Assembly: GCF_000186885.1 (NCBI RefSeq)
Contig: NC_014972.1
Span: forward strand, 840,001 to 872,000
From: Desulfobulbus propionicus DSM 2032
Lineage (GTDB): Bacteria; Desulfobacterota; Desulfobulbia; Desulfobulbales; Desulfobulbaceae
Reading direction: 5' to 3'
DNA: 32,000 bases
The translations under genes were made by a program, and so were the position numbers. The notes under the pieces are model-generated. The model was not told the DNA's origin, did no database searches, and saw nothing but the letters and a program-made list of their open reading frames with translations. Below, piece by piece: positions 8,834-18,598 of this stretch. How positions within the stretch are numbered: position 1 is the first letter of the stretch; each line of letters begins with the position of its first letter.

Positions 8834-9487
8834 ATGTTCACCGGGATCATCCAGGGGCTGGGCACGCTGTTTGAGAAGCGTCCATCCGGCGGCGGCATGA
8901 TCTTTGGGCTGGAGGCGGATTTTGCCCTGACAGATCCCGAGGAGGGCGAATCGATCGCCGTCAATGGCGCTTGTCTGACCGCGCGCAATATCAAGGGTAA
9001 TCGGTTCTATGTCGATGTCTCCCCGGAAAGTTTGGCGCGGACTGGACTGGGCCGCTTGCAGACCGGCAGCCGAGTCAACCTGGAACGCGCCCTGCGCCTG
9101 AGTGACCGACTAGGGGGGCACTTGGTCAGCGGGCATGTCGATGCCCAGGCACAGGTCAAGGACCGCCGGCGTGTCGGTGAGTTCACCCTGTTTGCTTTTT
9201 CCCTGGACCCCGCCTTGGGCAAATATGTTATCGAGAAAGGGTCGATCACCATCAACGGTGTCAGTCTGACAGTGAACAGCTGCGACCGCGAGGGGTTTTC
9301 CGTATCCATCATTCCCCACACTCTGGCGGTTACCACCTTGGGTATGCTCAAGGAAGGCGATCATGTCAATATCGAGGTGGACATGATAGGCAAGTATGTG
9401 GAAAAATTGCTGATGGAAAAGAACGCTGGCGGCGCGGTGACCGGGCGAATCAACCCGGCCTTTCTCGCCGAACACGGATTTCTTTGA
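8834..9487 (+). CDS. ribE: Riboflavin synthase (alpha subunit)
   Basis: MFTGIIQGLGTLFE...ESIAVNGACLTA...LSDRLGGHLVSGHVD...SITINGVSLTVN...IIPHTLAVTTLG; duplicated lumazine-binding domains. Confidence 0.96.
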   Translation: MFTGIIQGLGTLFEKRPSGGGMIFGLEADFALTDPEEGESIAVNGACLTARNIKGNRFYVDVSPESLARTGLGRLQTGSRVNLERALRLSDRLGGHLVSGHVDAQAQVKDRRRVGEFTLFAFSLDPALGKYVIEKGSITINGVSLTVNSCDREGFSVSIIPHTLAVTTLGMLKEGDHVNIEVDMIGKYVEKLLMEKNAGGAVTGRINPAFLAEHGFL

Positions 9488-9580
9488 GAATCGGTTCACG
9501 ATTGTTTCCGGCCTTTGGGGGCCGGGAGAGAACGCATGGGACATAATCGATGGGTATTAGGTCCCGAAAAGAGGCATCAT

Positions 9581-10825
9581 ATGGCAGTCAGTTCGATTGA
9601 AGAAGTGGTAGAGGATATCAAGGCCGGGAAGATGGTGATCTTGGTGGATGATGAAGACCGGGAGAACGAGGGCGATTTGTGCATGGCCGCCGAACTGGTC
9701 ACGCCCGAGGCCATTAATTTCATGGCTACCCATGGGCGCGGCTTGATTTGTCTGGCCTTGAGCCCGGACATTGTCGATCAGTTGGGGCTGCCGATGATGG
9801 TCTCCAACAACCAGTCCCCCTATGGCACCGGTTTCACCATCAGTATCGAGGCGCGTACCGGAGTCAGTACCGGCATCTCGGCGGCCGATCGGGCGCGGAC
9901 CATTGAGGCGGCGGTCCATCCCAAGGCCACGCCGCGCGACATCATCAGCCCCGGGCATATTTTTCCCCTGCGGGCCCGTGGCGGTGGCGTGCTGGTCCGT
10001 ACCGGACAGACCGAAGGCTCGGTGGATCTGGCCCGCATCGCCGGTCTGCGGACCGCTGGGATCATCTGTGAGATCATGAAGGATGACGGCACCATGGCCC
10101 GCATGCCCGATCTCGAGATCTTTGCCGAGCAGCATGGGTTGAAAATCGCCACCATTGCCGATCTGGTCGCCTATCGGTTGCGCAAGGACGTGCTGGTTCG
10201 CCGTGCCGCCGAGGCTCGGCTGCCGACCTATCATGCCGGTGAATTTCGTCTCATCGCTTATCAGAACGATGTCGACAAACAAGAACATGTGGCGCTGGTC
10301 AAGGGCGAGATCAATCCTGATGAACCGGTAATGGTTCGGGTTCACTCCGAATGCCTGACCGGTGACGTCTTCGGTTCCGCCCGTTGCGACTGCGGCTCGC
10401 AACTGCATGCCGCCATGCGAATGGTCGAACAGGAGGGCAAGGGCGTGGTGCTGTACATGCGTCAGGAAGGCCGTGGCATCGGACTGATCAACAAGCTCAA
10501 AGCCTATAAGCTGCAGGACAACGATGGATTGGATACGGTCGAGGCCAATATTCGCCTCGGGTTCAAGCCAGACCTGCGTGACTACGGCATTGGCGCCCAG
10601 ATTCTTCGCGATCTGGGGGTGCGGAAAATGCGGCTTTTAACCAACAATCCCAAAAAGATCATTGGATTGGAAGGCTACGGGCTCGAGGTGGTGGACCGTC
10701 TGCCCATCGAGATTCCCGGTGATGAAGAAAACAAGGATTATTTGCGAACCAAACGGGACAAGATGGGGCACATCCTCGAACTGTACGGCGACATGCCGAT
10801 GGGATGCGTCACCAGGGATCCGTGA
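9581..10825 (+). CDS. ribBA: Bifunctional 3,4-dihydroxy-2-butanone-4-phosphate synthase / GTP cyclohydrolase II
   Basis: [41 protein letters not shown] (RibB); [28 protein letters not shown]...[22 protein letters not shown] (RibA, intact Cys zinc ligands). Confidence 0.97.
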   Translation: MAVSSIEEVVEDIKAGKMVILVDDEDRENEGDLCMAAELVTPEAINFMATHGRGLICLALSPDIVDQLGLPMMVSNNQSPYGTGFTISIEARTGVSTGISAADRARTIEAAVHPKATPRDIISPGHIFPLRARGGGVLVRTGQTEGSVDLARIAGLRTAGIICEIMKDDGTMARMPDLEIFAEQHGLKIATIADLVAYRLRKDVLVRRAAEARLPTYHAGEFRLIAYQNDVDKQEHVALVKGEINPDEPVMVRVHSECLTGDVFGSARCDCGSQLHAAMRMVEQEGKGVVLYMRQEGRGIGLINKLKAYKLQDNDGLDTVEANIRLGFKPDLRDYGIGAQILRDLGVRKMRLLTNNPKKIIGLEGYGLEVVDRLPIEIPGDEENKDYLRTKRDKMGHILELYGDMPMGCVTRDP

Positions 10826-10845
10826 TATCTGCAACAGGAACGAAC

Positions 10846-11313
10846 ATGGCACACTATCTGGAAGGTCATTTACAGGGGGCGGGGCGCAAGATCGGTATTG
10901 TCGTTGCCCGATTCAACTCATTTATTTCGGAAAAACTGTTGGAAGGGGCGATTGACAGCTTGGTGCGTTCCGGAGTCAACACCAACGATATCGTGGTGGC
11001 CCGGGTTCCCGGCGCTTTTGAAATCCCGCTGGTGGCGCAGAAGATGGCCAAGTCGGGCAAGTACGACGCGGTGATCTGTCTTGGCGCGGTCATTCGCGGG
11101 GCCACGCCCCATTTCGATTACGTGGCCGGAGAGGTGGCCAAGGGGACGGCCCAGGTGATGCTTGATGCCGGTATCCCGGTACTGTTCGGGGTCCTGACCA
11201 CCGAGACCATCGAGCAAGCGATTGAACGGGCCGGTACCAAGGCCGGCAACAAAGGTTCGGACGTGGCCATCGCCGCTTTGGAGATGATCAACTTGCTGGA
11301 CGCGGTCAACTGA
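10846..11313 (+). CDS. ribH: 6,7-dimethyl-8-ribityllumazine synthase
   Basis: [28 protein letters not shown]...[71 protein letters not shown]. Confidence 0.97.
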   Translation: MAHYLEGHLQGAGRKIGIVVARFNSFISEKLLEGAIDSLVRSGVNTNDIVVARVPGAFEIPLVAQKMAKSGKYDAVICLGAVIRGATPHFDYVAGEVAKGTAQVMLDAGIPVLFGVLTTETIEQAIERAGTKAGNKGSDVAIAALEMINLLDAVN

Positions 11314-11361
11314 TGGTAACGAACGGCGCGGACGCACTCTTTTTTAGCCGCATGGATTTTC

Positions 11362-11784
11362 ATGGGATTACGTCGTAAATCACGGGAGTTGGCCCTGCAG
11401 TTTCTCTTTAGTCACGATTTTCAGGAGCGTTCCTGCGCTCCTGATGACGTGGCTAGGGATCTGGACATGTTCTGTCAACTGTTCGATGTCAGCCAGAAGG
11501 CGTTACCCTACGGACGGGAGCTGATTCTTGGAATCTGTCGGCACCGCGAGGAAATTGACGCCTTGCTGGCCACCCATTCCCACAACTGGCGGGTTGAACG
11601 GATGTCGCTGGTGGACCGGAACATTCTCAGGATAGCCGTGTTTGAGATGCGTCACTGTGACCAGGCTCCGGCGCAGGTGGCCATCAACGAGGCCTTGGAA
11701 ATTGCCAAGCGGTATTCCATTGGAGAGTCGGTTTCCTTCATCAACGGCATTCTCGACGCCATCCAGGCTTCCCTGGCCACCTAA
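11362..11784 (+). CDS. nusB: Transcription antitermination factor NusB
   Basis: MGLRRKSRELALQFLFSHDFQ...DRNILRIAVFEMRHCDQAPAQVAINEALEIAKRYSIGESVSFINGILDAI. Confidence 0.95.
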   Translation: MGLRRKSRELALQFLFSHDFQERSCAPDDVARDLDMFCQLFDVSQKALPYGRELILGICRHREEIDALLATHSHNWRVERMSLVDRNILRIAVFEMRHCDQAPAQVAINEALEIAKRYSIGESVSFINGILDAIQASLAT

Positions 11785-12075
11785 ATCAACCCCCGTCCGC
11801 AGCTCCCATTTTCCTTTTCCGTTCCCCCAGAACCTGCTTGACCGGCAGTGTCTCGGCGGTAATCCCGTGCGAAGTCCGCCTTGGATCCGAGCGTTGTGGC
11901 TGTTTGCGGGGGAAATCGTGAACTGTCCCGCTGCATAGATTGTTCTTCTTCATCCTGGGCGGGATCGAGCCGCTGGTGCCGGCCGCCGTACCCTTCATGG
12001 TGCTCGCCGCGCAGCCTTCGTGACAAACCAAGCGTTGATTGCTCTTGGTGTGGAGCCCACTGAACATATATTATC

Positions 12076-14241
12076 ATGACCTCTTCTGACTCGCGAACCA
12101 AGCCGAGAAGCCGGCAGGAGGTTGTTGCCCTTCTCCTGTTGTTTCTCGCACTTTTTTTTCTCCTGGCATTGGGCAGCTATATCGTCCCGCTGCTGGGAGC
12201 CGAACCGGTACTGCAACAACCGTCAGCCAACTGGTGCGGCTCGCTGGGTTTTTATGCCGCCCATTATCTGCTCTCCTTTCTTGGACTGATCGCCGTCTTG
12301 CCGCTCGGCCTGCTTGGTTATGCCATGGTCACGGTGTTGTTGTCCCGACCAACGAGCAACCGCCTGCCGGCCATCGTCGCCGGACTTTCTGGCATCATGA
12401 TCAGCTCGTCCGGACTGTTCGGCGCCTTTGAACGGTTACTGCTGCCACCTGAATTTGTGGCTCCCGGTGGATATCTCGGAACCTTGGTATGGGGACTCTT
12501 GCGTGGGGTCATTGGGGCGGCAGGTTCTGTATTGGTGCTTATCTTGCTGTTGATCTTTTCCCTGATGGCCTCGGTCCGTTTTTCTCCGTTCGCCGTTATC
12601 ACCAAGAAAACGGACGATGACCCTCCCGTGGAGCAGCTGCCATTGGGGCCGGTGATTCCCCCTGAGGGAGGCAGATGTCGTGGGAAAGCACCGGCTGTTC
12701 CCCGAAGTGCCGAACCTGAGCCACAACCGCCGACTGTGGCAAGTACTGCGCCTCCCGTGCATCAACCGGGCAAAAAGACCACTGCCGAACCGCCGGATCA
12801 GGATGGCGGGTGCAAACAGGGTGGTCAATCCTCTCCATTTGATTTACCGCCGCTTTCCCTGCTTGACAGCAATCAGGAAGGCGAGGTGGAGCTCAGCCGT
12901 GAACACTACTATGAAGTCAGTGCCACCTTGCTGGCCAAACTTCAGGACTTCGGCGTCCAGGGGACCGTGGCCGGCATCTCGCCGGGCCCGGTGGTGACCA
13001 CCTATGAATTTTCGCCGGCGCCAGGGGTCAAGATCAATAAAATCGTCAATTTGGCCGATGACCTGGCCATGGTGCTCAAGGTGGACCGGGTGCGAATTGT
13101 CGGCTCCATCCCCGGCAAGGCGGCGATTGGCATCGAGATCCCCAACCCGATCCGCCGAACCGTGTATCTGCGGGATATCCTCTTGAGTGCCGAGTATCAA
13201 GACGCCTCCTCCATGCTGAGCCTGGCCCTTGGGTTCGACGTGATCGGCCGGCCGGTGGTAGCCAATCTGGCCCGGATGCCCCATCTGCTCATCGCCGGGG
13301 CCACGGGTGCGGGCAAATCGGTGGCCATCAATGCCTTTATCGCTTCCATCCTGTTTAAGGCCACGCCCGACGATGTCCGCCTGCTGATGATCGACCCCAA
13401 ACGGATCGAGCTTTCTGTGTACGACGACATTCCTCACCTGTTGCATCCCGTTGTTGTCGAGGCCAAGATGGCCTCCCGAGCACTTTTGTGGGCTGTACGC
13501 GAAATGGAGCGCCGCTATCGGTTGTTGGAAGAACGGCGGGTAAAATCCTTTGCCTCCTATAACGCGGTTTCTGAAGAGAAGTTGCCGTATATCGTGATTA
13601 TTGTCGACGAGTTGGCTGACCTGATGATGGTTGCCTCCAAGGATGTGGAAACTTCGATTGCCCGTTTGGCCCAGATGGCCCGGGCGGCTGGTATGCATAT
13701 CATTCTTGCGACCCAACGGCCATCGGTCGATGTGCTGACCGGACTGATCAAAGCCAACTTCCCCACGCGAATTTCCTTCAAGGTCTCGTCCAAAGTGGAC
13801 TCGCGTACCATCCTCGATGGATCCGGTGCCGAGCATCTACTCGGCATGGGCGACATGCTCTTTCTGCCTCCAGGAGCCGCCAAGTTGCAACGGATCCATG
13901 GAGCGTTCATTTCCGAGCATGAGACCGAGCGGCTAGTCAGCCACCTAAAAGAGCAGGGGGCCGCCGAATATGACGAAAGCGTGCTGCAACTGGTGGAGGA
14001 AGAGCAGGAAGGCGGTGAAGGGGAGATTGAGGAATACGATGAAAAATATGACGAGGCGGTGGCTGTGGTGACTGAAACCGGCCAGGCGTCCATTTCCATG
14101 GTTCAGCGCCGGCTGCGAGTCGGATACAATCGCGCCGCCCGAATGATCGAGATCATGGAAAAAGAGGGAATAGTCGGCCCGGCGGATGGATCGCGCCCAC
14201 GCGAGGTCTTGGTCCGCTCCGGGTATGACGACACCGAATGA
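12076..14241 (+). CDS. ftsK: DNA translocase FtsK/SpoIIIE
   Basis: N-terminal TM segments; [48 protein letters not shown] (Walker A), [10 protein letters not shown] (Walker B), [38 protein letters not shown]; C-terminal gamma-like domain [30 protein letters not shown]. Confidence 0.96.
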   Translation: [721 protein letters not shown]

Positions 14242-14397
14242 CGGACGGTTTGCCCGGCTCGATTGGCAAGACACGGACGTGTGGGGCAGGCTAAAAACAC
14301 GGCAAGATTCTCCTTACGGTCAACAATGCCGGTATATATCCATAATTCTGATGCTTTCATTAAATTTTGCTGTTCAGCCTTGTTTTGACGATTTTTC

Positions 14398-14490
14398 TTG
14401 ACATGGATAGGGCAACAAATTAAAAGACTCACACAACCAGAATGAGTGGCTGTTCATTTTTTTGACAAAAACAAATTGTTTTAAAAAATG
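14398..14490 (+). promoter_or_regulatory. Candidate promoter/operator region of the apr genes
   Basis: TTGACA at 14398 with TAAAAG 17 nt downstream; a second TTGACA at 14462 directly followed by the palindrome AAAACAA-A-TTGTTTT (14468-14482). Confidence 0.35.
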
Positions 14491-14641
14491 TGTTAAATGA
14501 ATATGTTGCAAAAAGTGGTTGTAGTGGAAAACGGATGGCTGCATGAGATGAGTATTTGTTTTTCTTGAAGCAAGAAGCTAGAGGTTATTGGCGGCCCAGA
14601 TCGGGCGCCATAAAGGAAAATCCAAGTGAGGAGGTAGTTTA

Positions 14642-15067
14642 ATGCCAAGTTACGTAGATCCTTCGAAATGTGATGGTTGCAAGGGTGGAGATAAGACCGC
14701 CTGCATGTACATCTGCCCCAACGACCTGATGGTGCTCAACGTCGAGGCGATGAGAGCATACAATCAAGAGCCGGATGCATGCTGGGAGTGCTATTCCTGC
14801 GTCAAGATCTGCCCCCAGGGCGCGATCTTTGTTCGTGGTTATGATGACTTTGTACCGTTGGGCGGCCAAGTGCATCCGATGCGTTCTTCCGACTCCATCA
14901 TGTGGACCGTTAAGTTCCGCAATGGTAATGTAAAGCGCTTCAAGTTCCCGATTCGGACCACCGCTGAAGGTGCTTCCAATGAGTATGCCGGTCAGAAAGG
15001 CGCAAATCTTGATGACGAATGTTTGCTGCTCGAGAGCAACCTTCCGACCCCCACCAAGCTGGCCTGA
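14642..15067 (+). CDS. aprB: Adenylylsulfate (APS) reductase beta subunit
   Basis: MPSYVDPSKCDGCKGGDKTACMYICPNDLMVLN...EPDACWECYSCVKICPQGAIFVRGY; two 4Fe-4S motifs; RBS gaggagg. Confidence 0.98.
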   Translation: MPSYVDPSKCDGCKGGDKTACMYICPNDLMVLNVEAMRAYNQEPDACWECYSCVKICPQGAIFVRGYDDFVPLGGQVHPMRSSDSIMWTVKFRNGNVKRFKFPIRTTAEGASNEYAGQKGANLDDECLLLESNLPTPTKLA

Positions 15068-15131
15068 GTGTCAACGGGAAGTAAGGATTAACTCAATTCT
15101 ATTCTGAAAATACTACTGAGGAGATAGAAAT

Positions 15132-17147
15132 ATGGCATTACCGAATAAGCCGAAAGGCGAGCTTGCCGCCGTTGTCGATCCGGAAATCGTAGAGCATAGC
15201 TGTGACGTGCTGATCGTTGGTGGTGGTATGGCTGCTTGCGGCGCCGCTTTCGAGATCAAGAAATGGGCACCCGAAGGCATGAAGATCATTCTGTGCGACA
15301 AGGCTGCCATGGAGCGTTCCGGCGCCGTTGCTCAGGGTCTGTCCGCCATTAATACCTACATCGGCGAGAACGCTATCGAAGACTATGTCAAGATGGTTCG
15401 TAACGACCTGATGGGCGTTGTTCGTGAAGACCTGATCTATGACCTTGGCCGTCACGTGGACGAGTCTGTTAAGCTGTTTGAGGAGTGGGGTCTGCCCGTT
15501 TGGAAGAAAGCTGATGATGGGTCCAACCTTGATGGTGCCAAGCCTGCCAAAACCCTTCGTGAGGGTGGCGTTCCGGTTCGTACCGGTAAATGGCAGATCA
15601 TGATCAACGGCGAGTCCTACAAGTGCGTCGTTGCCGAGCCGGCCAAGAAGGCTTTGGGTGAAGAGAACATCATGGAGCGTATCTTCATCGTCAAGATGTT
15701 GCTCGACAAGAACAAAGAGAACACCATTGCCGGTGCTGTCGGTTTCTCCACCCGTGAGAACAAAGTGCATGTCTTTAAATGCAAGGCTGCTCTCGTAGCT
15801 TGTGGTGGTGCGGTTAACATTTTCCGTCCGCGGTCCACCGGCGAGGGTAAGGGTCGTGCATGGTACCCGGTATGGAACGCAGGTTCCACCTACACCATGT
15901 GTGCTCAGGTTGGTGCTACCCTGACCATGATGGAAAACCGTTTCACACCGGCACGCTTCAAAGACGGATATGGCCCGGTTGGTGCTTGGTTCCTTCTGTT
16001 CAAGGCCAAAGTGCAGAACGGTCTGGGTGAGTTCTATGCCAACAGCCCGGCAGTCAAAGAGGAGCTGTCCAAGTTCATGCCCTATGGTCAATCCGCCGTT
16101 ACCCCCACCTGTCTGCGCAACCACCTGATGCTCAACGAGCTGAAGGCCGGCCGTGGTCCGATCTACATGGCCACCGACGTTGCTCTCAATGCCTTCCTGG
16201 ATGCACAGCGCGCTTCTGGCAAGGATGAGAAAGAGGTGAAGAAATTCTGGAAACACCTCGAGTCCGAGGCTTGGGAAGACTTCCTGGATATGTCCGTTGG
16301 TCAGGCCGGTCTGTGGGCTGGTATGGACATCGAGCCGGAGAAGGTTGGTTCTGAGATCATGCCGACCGAACCCTACATGCTGGGTAGCCACTCCGGCTGC
16401 TGCGGTATCTGGACCTCCGGACCAATGGAAAGCTGGGTGCCCGAGGTTGATGGCCCGCGTTCGCATCAGTACAAGTGGGGCTACAACCGCATGACCACCG
16501 TTAACGGTTTGTTCACCGCTGGTGACGGCGTTGGTGCTTCTGGTCACAAGTTCTCCTCCGGTTCCCATGCCGAGGGTCGTATCGTTGCCAAGCAGATGGT
16601 TAAGTACTGCCGTGATAACGCCGATTTCACCCCGGAATTGGCTCAGACTGCCAAAGAGTTGGCCGACGAAGTATACGCACCGGTTAAACTGTACAACCAG
16701 TTCAAGGATGCAACCACTGCCGCAGACGTTAATCCGAACTATGTCAAGCCGGCTGGTATGATGATGCGTCTGATGAAGGCCACCGACGAGTATGGTGGTG
16801 GTGTAGCTACTTACTATATGACCTCTGGCAAGTTGCTCAATATCTGCCTCGACCTGCTCCGCTTGATGCGTGAGGATGCCGAGAAGATGGCTGCCGGCGA
16901 CCTGCATGAGCTGATGCGTGCCTGGGAGAACTACCACCGTATCTGGTGTGTTGAGACCCATATTCGTCACATCGAGTTCCGGAAAGAGTCCCGTTATCCT
17001 GGATTCTACTATCGTTCCGATTACCCGACCTGTGATGATGAGAACTGGAAGTGCTTCGTGAACTCCACCTTTGATCCGAAATCCAAAGAGTGGAAGTGCG
17101 AGAAGGTTCCGTGCATCAACATCATTGAGACCAGTCCTTGGATCTGA
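15132..17147 (+). CDS. aprA: Adenylylsulfate (APS) reductase alpha subunit
   Basis: DVLIVGGGMAACGAAFEIKKWAPEG...ERSGAVAQGLSAINTYIG...GPVGAWFLLFKAKVQNGLGE...FVNSTFDPKSKEWKCEKVP. Confidence 0.98.
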   Translation: MALPNKPKGELAAVVDPEIVEHSCDVLIVGGGMAACGAAFEIKKWAPEGMKIILCDKAAMERSGAVAQGLSAINTYIGENAIEDYVKMVRNDLMGVVREDLIYDLGRHVDESVKLFEEWGLPVWKKADDGSNLDGAKPAKTLREGGVPVRTGKWQIMINGESYKCVVAEPAKKALGEENIMERIFIVKMLLDKNKENTIAGAVGFSTRENKVHVFKCKAALVACGGAVNIFRPRSTGEGKGRAWYPVWNAGSTYTMCAQVGATLTMMENRFTPARFKDGYGPVGAWFLLFKAKVQNGLGEFYANSPAVKEELSKFMPYGQSAVTPTCLRNHLMLNELKAGRGPIYMATDVALNAFLDAQRASGKDEKEVKKFWKHLESEAWEDFLDMSVGQAGLWAGMDIEPEKVGSEIMPTEPYMLGSHSGCCGIWTSGPMESWVPEVDGPRSHQYKWGYNRMTTVNGLFTAGDGVGASGHKFSSGSHAEGRIVAKQMVKYCRDNADFTPELAQTAKELADEVYAPVKLYNQFKDATTAADVNPNYVKPAGMMMRLMKATDEYGGGVATYYMTSGKLLNICLDLLRLMREDAEKMAAGDLHELMRAWENYHRIWCVETHIRHIEFRKESRYPGFYYRSDYPTCDDENWKCFVNSTFDPKSKEWKCEKVPCINIIETSPWI

Positions 17148-17180
17148 TCTCGATAAGACATTGATTGTCTGAATAAAAAA

Positions 17181-17217
17181 ATCTCCAGACTCCCCCTGTG
17201 GAGTCTGGAGATTTTTT
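17181..17217 (+). terminator. Strong intrinsic terminator after aprA
   Basis: 13-bp perfect stem ATCTCCAGACTCC - CCCTGT - GGAGTCTGGAGAT followed by TTTTT. Confidence 0.92.
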
Positions 17218-17333
17218 GTATACACCGTTGATTTTGTTTGAGTTGATGCGAAAGATGAAGTAATTTTTCACATTTCGGATCAATTGAACCAGAAATCACC
17301 TTTCATCAATACCAGCAGTTATGGAGGTTTGGC

Positions 17334-18587
17334 ATGAGTGACACTGCAGGCAATGGTGCGGTACTGGTTGTGGGTGGCGGTATTAGTGGTCTGACCGCCG
17401 CGCTCGAAGCTGCTGAAGTCGGTAATGATGTTTTTCTGATCGAGAAAAACGCATATTTTGGTGGCCGGGTTGCACAGCTCAATCAGTATTTCCCCAAACT
17501 TTGTCCCCCAACTTGTGGACTTGAGATCAATTTCAAGCGTATCAAGGACAATCGTCGAATACGAACATATACCATGACCACGGTTAAATCGATCTCCGGC
17601 GGTCCTGGCAATTTTGAAGTTCAATTGGAGACGGCCCCGCGTTTTATCAATTCCAATTGCACAGCCTGTGGAGATTGCGCTCAGGCATGTACCGATGAAA
17701 TCGATGACGCTTTCAACTTCGGCATGGGAAAAATCAAAGCAGTCTACCTTCCCCATGAAATGGCCTTTCCACGCCGTTACGTGTTGGCCAAACAGGCTTG
17801 CTCTCCCTCTTGTCTGGAAGCGATCAAGGCAGCATGCAAGTACAATGCGGTTGAGTTGGATATGCAGCCCAAGACCTTTACCCTCAAGGTCAGCTCCATC
17901 ATCTGGTCGACCGGATGGAATCCCTATGATGCCAACAAAATCAGCAATCTGAATTACGGGTCTTCTTCAGCCATCATTACCAATATGATGATGGAGCGAC
18001 TGGCCGCAGATAACGGTCCCACGAAAGGCAAGATCCTCCGTCCAGGTGACAATAAGGAACCTGCTTCCTTTGCTTTTGTGCAATGTGCCGGCTCCAGAGA
18101 CGAAAATCATCTGCAACACTGTTCTTACATTTGTTGCATGGCGACCCTCAAACACATCTCGTATATCCGGGCACAATATCCAGACGCAAAAATCTACGTT
18201 TTTTATATCGATCTCCGCACGCCTGGGAAATACGAAAAATTTCGCGAAAAATTCATGGCCGATCCGAACACTGTCTTTATCAAGGGAAAAGTTGCGGATA
18301 TCGTGGCCGAACGTGACGGTGGAGTCACCGTGGTGGCTGAAAATGCTGTTACCGGCAAGAAAGTGCACCAGAAGGTCGATCTCTGTGTACTGGCCACTGG
18401 CATGGAGCCTGCTTTGGGTGAGCAAGCTAAAACCTTGGGTGTGGCCATGGATGGAAATGGATTTGTTGTTTCCGATCCTGCGAAGGGCATGATTGCAGCA
18501 GGCTGTGCTAAATCCGCCGTTGATGTATATTCCAGTGGACAATCGTCCACGGCGGCTGCTCTCAAAGCTATTCAGATCGGACGGTAG
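17334..18587 (+). CDS. qmoA: Quinone-interacting membrane-bound oxidoreductase subunit A (HdrA-like flavoprotein)
   Basis: VLVVGGGISGLTAALEAAEVGNDVFLIEKNAYFGGRVAQLNQYFPKLCPPTCGLEINFKRIK; CTACGDCAQAC; lies directly 3' of aprBA. Confidence 0.95.
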   Translation: MSDTAGNGAVLVVGGGISGLTAALEAAEVGNDVFLIEKNAYFGGRVAQLNQYFPKLCPPTCGLEINFKRIKDNRRIRTYTMTTVKSISGGPGNFEVQLETAPRFINSNCTACGDCAQACTDEIDDAFNFGMGKIKAVYLPHEMAFPRRYVLAKQACSPSCLEAIKAACKYNAVELDMQPKTFTLKVSSIIWSTGWNPYDANKISNLNYGSSSAIITNMMMERLAADNGPTKGKILRPGDNKEPASFAFVQCAGSRDENHLQHCSYICCMATLKHISYIRAQYPDAKIYVFYIDLRTPGKYEKFREKFMADPNTVFIKGKVADIVAERDGGVTVVAENAVTGKKVHQKVDLCVLATGMEPALGEQAKTLGVAMDGNGFVVSDPAKGMIAAGCAKSAVDVYSSGQSSTAAALKAIQIGR

Positions 18588-18598
18588 GAGGAAAGTCA

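Noticed and set aside
12844-13836. 330-aa minus-strand ORF over ftsK
   Set aside because: Antisense shadow of the FtsK motor domain, Gly/His/Asp-rich junk-like composition.
15138-17225. 695-aa minus-strand ORF covering all of aprA
   Set aside because: It is a shadow ORF caused by strong codon bias in aprA. The translation has no recognisable domain, while the plus strand encodes unmistakable AprA.
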